NCBI GenBank assembly: GCA_016715885.1
Contig: JADJXL010000022.1
Coordinates: 203,588-267,587, forward strand
Direction of reading: 5' to 3'
DNA from: Polyangiaceae bacterium
GTDB taxonomy: Bacteria > Myxococcota_A > Polyangia > Polyangiales > Polyangiaceae
Length of the DNA: 64,000 nucleotides
Every line of letters begins with the position of its first letter. Position 1 is the first letter of the stretch. Shown here piece after piece: positions 58,472 through 64,000 of this stretch. The position numbers and the translations under genes were made by a program. The notes beneath the pieces are model-generated. The model made no database searches, was not told the origin of the DNA, and worked only from the letters and a program-made list of their open reading frames with translations.

Positions 58472-59593
58472 CTATCGCAACACCACGTCCAAGCGATGCG
58501 CTTCCATCAAGCTCGGAACCTCCCATCGTTCGCTCATGCGGCGAATGACCGCTTCGGGCACGCGTGCCGCTCGCGCGCGATTGTGCGCCAATAACGTGCC
58601 CATCGGCGCTTCGACGTACACGATGTGTATGCGGGCCCCGTAATCGGCCGCGAGCTGTATCAATGGACCGCGACGCTGCCGATTCAGATTCGTCGCATTG
58701 TAGATGAATCGTTCTCCGCGCCGAAGATGCTCGCGCACGCGCTCTTTGCCCGCTTGCACGATGGCTCCCTGATTCTCGTCGGGATCGATGTCCATCGAAG
58801 CTCGCAAGTCATCGAGCGACACGACGGGCAAATCCGAAAATCGGTCGCGCACGCACGTGTCTTTCCCAGCACCCGGCAATCCACACATCATGATCATTTC
58901 GCCACGCGTGTCGTCGTGCACCGGAACGTCCGGCGATCGATTCTCCGAACGGAAATACACCACGCGCGTATGATCGGACGGGAAAACGCGTGGTTTGTCG
59001 TAGCACCCCTCTTCGATGCAAAACGTGCGAAAGAGCTCGATGTTGTCGACGATGCGCTGCATGTCTTGGCATTCGCGCCCGCGAATGTCCGCTTCGGCCA
59101 CGAGCGCCAAGAGATCGGCGCGACAAACCAGCGAAATCTCGGCGGCCAGGCGCTGCGCGTCGTCTCGCTCGATGAGGTAAAACGGGATTTGGTGATGGCG
59201 TATCAAACCGCAAACCATTTCACGTAGCGAAAATGGCGCACCAAGCTCCCACAAAAGCCGCCGCGTCAGCATTTCGCCCGCTCGCGAATGCCCCTTGGCC
59301 GTAATGCGCCCGTCCGGCTCCTCCTTCGTCGTGAAAGGCTTGGCGACATCGTGCATCAAACACGCGAGCCATACGGCAGCTCGATCGGCTTCGGATAGCG
59401 CACGCCACGCGGGCATTGCAACGAGCGTCTCGAGGACCATGCGCGTGTGTATCCACACGTTTCCTTCGGCATGATGAATGGGATCCTGCGGGCACGGCTC
59501 GAGCGCGCGGACCCAATCGAACGTTTGCAGCTCGTCCCAGGGAACGTGAAACGCAGGCGGTAGAGGCGGCTTTACGAGCAAATCGAGTGACAT
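58472..59593 (-). CDS. HD-Pnk-type bifunctional end-healing enzyme candidate (N-terminal HD phosphoesterase domain plus C-terminal P-loop polynucleotide kinase domain)
   Basis: The HD motif is …CLMHDVAKP…. The C-terminal Walker A is MCGLPGAGKDT, with kinase-like downstream motifs. The ATG at 59593 was confirmed. Confidence 0.7.
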   Translation of the reverse strand: MSLDLLVKPPLPPAFHVPWDELQTFDWVRALEPCPQDPIHHAEGNVWIHTRMVLETLVAMPAWRALSEADRAAVWLACLMHDVAKPFTTKEEPDGRITAKGHSRAGEMLTRRLLWELGAPFSLREMVCGLIRHHQIPFYLIERDDAQRLAAEISLVCRADLLALVAEADIRGRECQDMQRIVDNIELFRTFCIEEGCYDKPRVFPSDHTRVVYFRSENRSPDVPVHDDTRGEMIMMCGLPGAGKDTCVRDRFSDLPVVSLDDLRASMDIDPDENQGAIVQAGKERVREHLRRGERFIYNATNLNRQRRGPLIQLAADYGARIHIVYVEAPMGTLLAHNRARAARVPEAVIRRMSERWEVPSLMEAHRLDVVLR

Positions 59594-59653
59594 GGCGAGC
59601 TCGCGGAAGATGGGGGAACGGAAGTATGCACGAATGACCGTGAATGTGCTAGT

Positions 59654-60316
59654 GTGCGCGACACCGTGTCAGCAAAGTATCCGAGAACCTTTCATTTTCC
59701 GTGGTCTCCTGGAGGGACGTCGGACGACAAGCGTCTCGCGGACGTGTCGGCGCTGGTGGGCGTCGAGATCGTCGTGACCGAGAAATGTGACGGATCGAAT
59801 TTGACGTACACGCGGAAGAATGTTTTTTCGCGCTCGCATTCGGGCCCGCCACCGCATCCGAGCTTCGACTTGGCCAAAGCGACGCACGGACGCATCGCGC
59901 ATATGATTTCCGAGGGGATATCGATCTTTTGCGAGTATTGTTATGCGGTGCATTCCATTACGTATGACGCACTGCCCAATTATTCGCTGGTTTTCGGTGT
60001 GCGTGACGACGAATCGGGGCTTTTCTGGGATTGGGACATGGTCGTGGCGCAAGCCGCGGACTTGGGACTGCCCACGGTGCCGGTTTTGTTTCGAGGTGTC
60101 GTCGGGTCCGTGGACGAATTGCGAACGCTCGTCGAGCAGCTTTCGCGCGGGTCATCGGTATTCGGTGGTCCGCGCGAAGGCGTGGTGACACGGGTCGCCA
60201 GCCAATTTCCTGAAGACGCGTTCAGCCATAAGGTGGCGAAATGGGTGCGCAAGGACCACGTGCAAACGGACGAGCATTGGATGCACCAAGCCATCGTGCC
60301 TCAGAAGCTTCATTAG
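59654..60316 (+). CDS. ATP-dependent RNA ligase-family nucleotidyltransferase (Rnl)
   Basis: The N-terminus reads KYPRTFHFPW, and the covalent nucleotidyltransferase motif I is TEKCDGSN (KxDGxN). The size is about 220 aa. It is divergent from the HD-Pnk gene across a 60-bp gap. Confidence 0.65.
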   Translation: MRDTVSAKYPRTFHFPWSPGGTSDDKRLADVSALVGVEIVVTEKCDGSNLTYTRKNVFSRSHSGPPPHPSFDLAKATHGRIAHMISEGISIFCEYCYAVHSITYDALPNYSLVFGVRDDESGLFWDWDMVVAQAADLGLPTVPVLFRGVVGSVDELRTLVEQLSRGSSVFGGPREGVVTRVASQFPEDAFSHKVAKWVRKDHVQTDEHWMHQAIVPQKLH

Positions 60317-60507
60317 AAAGTTTGCCCACGTCGAGCGTCAAAAAACTGTCGAATGAAATCTTCGACGTGTTCGTCCGATTGGTTTGACCACCAACGGTAT
60401 CAGGCATTTCCTGACACGTGTAGACGGTAATTACCTGGTTTACATCGCGTCACTTTTTATTGGTAGGATGAGGCCGTCATGGGCGGCGATGCGCCCAGGG
60501 GGACCTT

Positions 60508-63500
60508 ATGCCGAAGCGGATTACGGACGGGCATTCCCGTTCGCTTGGTGCACGTCAGAAGAACAAGAAAGCTGAAAGCGGGCGAACCGTTGGATCTCGC
60601 AAGGAAGTGTCGCCGAGGAAGAAGGCGACGCGCGGCAATTCTGCGCAGGTTGGCCTCGGGTCACTCGATAGACGGCTTTTGCTCGAGGCACTGACGGCGC
60701 TCAAGAAAGGCGATTTCTCGGTGCGATTGCCCTTGGATTGGGAGGGGCTCGACGGGAAAATTGCAGATACGTTCAACGACGTGGTCGAGCTCAATGGGCG
60801 TGAAGCGAGCGAGCTGGAGCGCATGAGCCGCGTCGTCGGCAAAGAGGGGCGTATTGCGGAGCGCGCTTCGGCCGTGGGACTTGGCGGTGCGTGGGGGCAA
60901 AAGGTTGCGAGCGTCAATGCATTGATCAGCGATTTGGTGCACCCGACGAGTGAAATGGCGCGCGTGATCGGCGCCGTTGCCAAGGGTGACTTGTCTCAAG
61001 CCATGGCGCTCGAAGTGGATGGCCGGCCGCTCGAAGGGGAATTTTTGAGGACCGCGAAGACCGTCAATACGATGGTCGATCAGCTTGGTTCATTCGCATC
61101 CGAAGTGACGCGTGTCGCGCGCGAAGTCGGTACGGAAGGAAAACTCGGCGGGCAGGCGGACGTGAAAGGCGTGGCCGGTACGTGGAAGGATTTGACGGAT
61201 TCCGTCAACTTCATGGCCGGCAATTTGACGGCGCAAGTGCGTAACATTGCAGCGGTTACGACGGCCGTTGCGAATGGCGATTTGTCGAAGAAAATTACAG
61301 TCGACGTGCGCGGTGAAATCTTGGAGCTCAAAGATACCATCAATACGATGGTCGATCAGCTCCGCTCCTTTGCGTCGGAAGTGACGCGCGTTGCGCGCGA
61401 AGTCGGTACGGAAGGAAAACTCGGCGGGCAGGCGGACGTGAAAGGCGTCGCCGGCACGTGGAAAGACTTGACCGATTCCGTCAATTCAATGGCGGGTAAC
61501 CTGACGAGCCAGGTGCGTAACATCGCGGCCGTGACGACGGCCGTTGCGAATGGCGATTTATCGAAGAAAATCACGGTCGACGTGAAAGGCGAAATTCTGG
61601 AGCTGAAGAACACCATCAATACGATGGTCGATCAGCTCAATTCGTTTGCGTCGGAAGTGACGCGCGTTGCGCGCGAAGTCGGTACGGAAGGTAAACTCGG
61701 TGGTCAGGCCGAAGTGAAAGGCGTGGCCGGTACGTGGAAAGACTTGACCGACAACGTCAATTCGATGGCCGGTAACTTGACGGTGCAGCTTCGCGACGTG
61801 TCGAAGGTCGCGACGGCCATTGCAAACGGTGACTTGACGCAAAAAATCACCGTCGATGCGCGCGGCGAAATCTTACAAATCAAAAACGTCATCAATACGA
61901 TGGTCGATCAGTTGAGCTCCTTCGCGGCCGAGGTGACGCGCGTTGCGCGCGAAGTCGGTACGGAAGGAAAACTCGGCGGTCAGGCGGACGTGAAAGGTGT
62001 CGCTGGTACGTGGAAAGACTTGACCGATTCGGTCAATTCGATGGCCGGTAACTTGACGGTGCAGCTTCGCGACGTGTCGAAGGTCGCGACGGCCATTGCA
62101 AATGGTGACTTGACGCAAAAAATCACCGTGGATGCGCGCGGCGAAATCTTACAAATCAAAAACGTCACCAATACGATGGTCGATCAATTGAGCTCCTTCG
62201 CGGCCGAAGTGACGCGCGTCGCGCGCGAAGTCGGTACGGAAGGAAAGCTCGGTGGGCAGGCCGAAGTGAAAGGCGTCGCCGGTACGTGGAAGGACCTGAC
62301 GGATTCGGTCAATTCAATGGCCGGCAACCTGACGGCGCAAGTTCGTAACATCGCAGCGGTGACGACGGCGGTCGCCAATGGCGATTTGTCGAAGAAAATC
62401 ACGGTCGACGTGAAAGGCGAGATTCTGGAGCTGAAAAACACGATCAATACGATGGTCGATCAGCTCAATTCGTTCGCATCCGAAGTGACGCGCGTGGCGC
62501 GCGAAGTCGGTACGGAAGGCAAATTGGGCGGTCAGGCGGACGTGAAAGGTGTTGCCGGTACGTGGAAGGACCTGACGGATTCGGTCAATTCAATGGCCGG
62601 CAACTTGACGGCGCAAGTGCGTAACATCGCAGCGGTGACGACCGCCGTCGCGAATGGCGATTTGTCGAAGAAAATCACGGTCGACGTGAAGGGCGAGATT
62701 CTGGAGCTGAAAAACACGATCAATACGATGGTCGATCAGCTATCGGGTTTCGCATCCGAAGTGACGCGCGTTGCGCGCGAAGTCGGTACGGAAGGCAAAT
62801 TGGGCGGACAAGCCGACGTGAAAGGCGTGGCCGGTACGTGGAAGGACCTGACGGATTCGGTCAATTCAATGGCCGGTAACTTGACGGCGCAAGTGCGTAA
62901 CATCGCAGCGGTTACGACGGCGGTCGCCAATGGCGATTTGTCGAAGAAAATCACGGTCGACGTGCGCGGTGAAATCCTGGAGCTGAAGAACACGATCAAT
63001 ACTATGGTGGATCAGCTACGTTCGTTCGCGTCCGAGGTGACGCGCGTGGCGCGCGAAGTCGGCACGGAAGGCAAATTGGGCGGTCAGGCAGACGTGAAAG
63101 GCGTGGCCGGTACGTGGAAAGACTTGACCGATTCCGTGAATTTCATGGCCGGCAACCTGACGAGCCAAGTGCGCAACATCGCGGCCGTGACGACAGCCGT
63201 TGCCAATGGCGATTTGTCGAAAAAAATCACGGTCGACGTGCGTGGTGAAATCTTGGAGCTGAAAAACACGATCAATACGATGGTCGATCAGCTCAATTCA
63301 TTCGCGTCCGAAGTGACGCGCGTGGCGCGCGAAGTCGGTACGGAAGGCAAATTGGGCGGTCAGGCAGACGTGAAAGGCGTGGCCGGTACGTGGAAAGACC
63401 TGACCGATTCCGTGAATTTCATGGCCGGCAACTTGACGAGCCAAGTGCGCAACATCGCGGCCGTCACGACAGCCGTCGCGAATGGCGATTTATCGAAGAA

Positions 63501-64000
63501 AATCACGGTCGACGTGCGCGGCGAAATCCTGGAGCTGAAAAACACGATCAATACAATGGTAGATCAGCTCAATTCGTTCGCATCCGAAGTGACGCGCGTT
63601 GCGCGCGAAGTCGGTACGGAAGGCAAATTGGGCGGCCAAGCCGAAGTGAAAGGCGTGGCCGGTACGTGGAAAGACCTGACCGATAACGTCAATTCAATGG
63701 CCGGCAACTTGACGAACCAGGTGCGTGGTATTGCCAAGGTCGTGACGGCTGTTGCCAATGGCGATTTGAAGCGAAAACTATCCGTCGATGCGAAAGGCGA
63801 AATCGCGGCGCTCGCCGATACCATCAACGGCATGATCGATACGCTCGCGACATTCGCCGATCAGGTGACGACGGTTGCGCGTGAAGTCGGTGTCGAAGGA
63901 AAACTGGGCGGTCAAGCGAGCGTGCCGGGAGCCTCGGGTACGTGGAAGGACTTGACGGTCAACGTCAATCAGCTCGCGGCGAATTTGACGACGCAAGTGC
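60508..64000 (+). CDS. poly-HAMP signalling protein, 5' part (continues beyond the window; probably a hybrid sensor kinase)
   Basis: The frame is open from ATG 60508 to the window end. After a roughly 190-aa N-terminal region the sequence becomes tandem 92-aa units (…[92 protein letters not shown]…), each equal to two HAMP domains. It is absent from the ORF track because there is no stop in the window. Confidence 0.8.
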   Translation, partial: MPKRITDGHSRSLGARQKNKKAESGRTVGSRKEVSPRKKATRGNSAQVGLGSLDRRLLLEALTALKKGDFSVRLPLDWEGLDGKIADTFNDVVELNGREASELERMSRVVGKEGRIAERASAVGLGGAWGQKVASVNALISDLVHPTSEMARVIGAVAKGDLSQAMALEVDGRPLEGEFLRTAKTVNTMVDQLGSFASEVTRVAREVGTEGKLGGQADVKGVAGTWKDLTDSVNFMAGNLTAQVRNIAAVTTAVANGDLSKKITVDVRGEILELKDTINTMVDQLRSFASEVTRVAREVGTEGKLGGQADVKGVAGTWKDLTDSVNSMAGNLTSQVRNIAAVTTAVANGDLSKKITVDVKGEILELKNTINTMVDQLNSFASEVTRVAREVGTEGKLGGQAEVKGVAGTWKDLTDNVNSMAGNLTVQLRDVSKVATAIANGDLTQKITVDARGEILQIKNVINTMVDQLSSFAAEVTRVAREVGTEGKLGGQADVKGVAGTWKDLTDSVNSMAGNLTVQLRDVSKVATAIANGDLTQKITVDARGEILQIKNVTNTMVDQLSSFAAEVTRVAREVGTEGKLGGQAEVKGVAGTWKDLTDSVNSMAGNLTAQVRNIAAVTTAVANGDLSKKITVDVKGEILELKNTINTMVDQLNSFASEVTRVAREVGTEGKLGGQADVKGVAGTWKDLTDSVNSMAGNLTAQVRNIAAVTTAVANGDLSKKITVDVKGEILELKNTINTMVDQLSGFASEVTRVAREVGTEGKLGGQADVKGVAGTWKDLTDSVNSMAGNLTAQVRNIAAVTTAVANGDLSKKITVDVRGEILELKNTINTMVDQLRSFASEVTRVAREVGTEGKLGGQADVKGVAGTWKDLTDSVNFMAGNLTSQVRNIAAVTTAVANGDLSKKITVDVRGEILELKNTINTMVDQLNSFASEVTRVAREVGTEGKLGGQADVKGVAGTWKDLTDSVNFMAGNLTSQVRNIAAVTTAVANGDLSKKITVDVRGEILELKNTINTMVDQLNSFASEVTRVAREVGTEGKLGGQAEVKGVAGTWKDLTDNVNSMAGNLTNQVRGIAKVVTAVANGDLKRKLSVDAKGEIAALADTINGMIDTLATFADQVTTVAREVGVEGKLGGQASVPGASGTWKDLTVNVNQLAANLTTQV
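61093..63852 (+). repeat. at least 10 tandem copies of a 276-bp unit (above 90% nucleotide identity) encoding the HAMP-pair repeat
   Basis: Period-276 recurrence of motifs is seen, for example ACGATGGTCGATCAGCT at 61067, 61343, 61619, 61895 and onward. Confidence 0.85.

Noticed and set aside
61080-63996. series of 63–89-aa minus-strand ORFs at 276-bp spacing, plus a possible CRISPR-like regular repeat
   Set aside because: They are antisense artefacts of the tandem HAMP-encoding repeats. The repeat units are contiguous coding sequence without spacers, so this is not a CRISPR array.

Overview
This 64-kb window is very GC-rich (about 68–70%) bacterial chromosomal DNA. Gene content and protein style point to a myxobacterium (Sorangium/Polyangium-like): many secreted proteins and lipoproteins with Cys-, Gly- or Pro-rich low-complexity tracts, a collagen-like protein, and a poly-HAMP sensor. 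I can support about 50 protein-coding genes. No rRNA, tRNA or CRISPR array is visible. The most notable content follows.

- **Cytochrome operon (38127–43543, minus strand):** an XRE regulator, a pentaheme c-type cytochrome, and two lipoproteins that share a beta-propeller repeat family, joined by ATGA stop/start overlaps.
- **RNA repair pair (58472–60316):** a divergent HD-Pnk (HD phosphoesterase plus P-loop kinase) gene next to an RNA ligase gene.
- **DNA methyltransferase module (48398–53115):** a 992-aa gamma-class N6-adenine methyltransferase (NPPW motif) that looks type IIG / PglX-like, flanked by hypothetical ORFs.
- **Poly-HAMP sensor (60508 to window end):** a gene with at least 10 near-identical 276-bp tandem repeats, running off the window.
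- **Collagen-like gene (45972–48121)** and a **Cys-rich lipoprotein gene (36793–37994)**, each interrupted by a frameshift inside repeats.
- **Secreted protein (2177–3766)** with about 25 tandem GxxQxGxxN repeats.
- **Intergenic repeat element**, two copies of a roughly 130-bp GC-rich palindromic sequence (405–545 and 18590–18735), plus a 113-bp inverted repeat (21578–21690).
- **GC-only block (26131–27180):** about 1 kb of pure G/C homopolymer sequence. I consider this an assembly or base-calling artefact. It swallows the 3' ends of two convergent genes (an FkbM methyltransferase and a DUF2169-like protein) and creates long fake poly-Pro/poly-Gly ORFs.

The ORF track uses GTG/TTG starts translated as M. 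Many long ORFs antisense to real genes are GC-driven artefacts and were rejected. All family assignments come from motif recognition by eye, not database searches.
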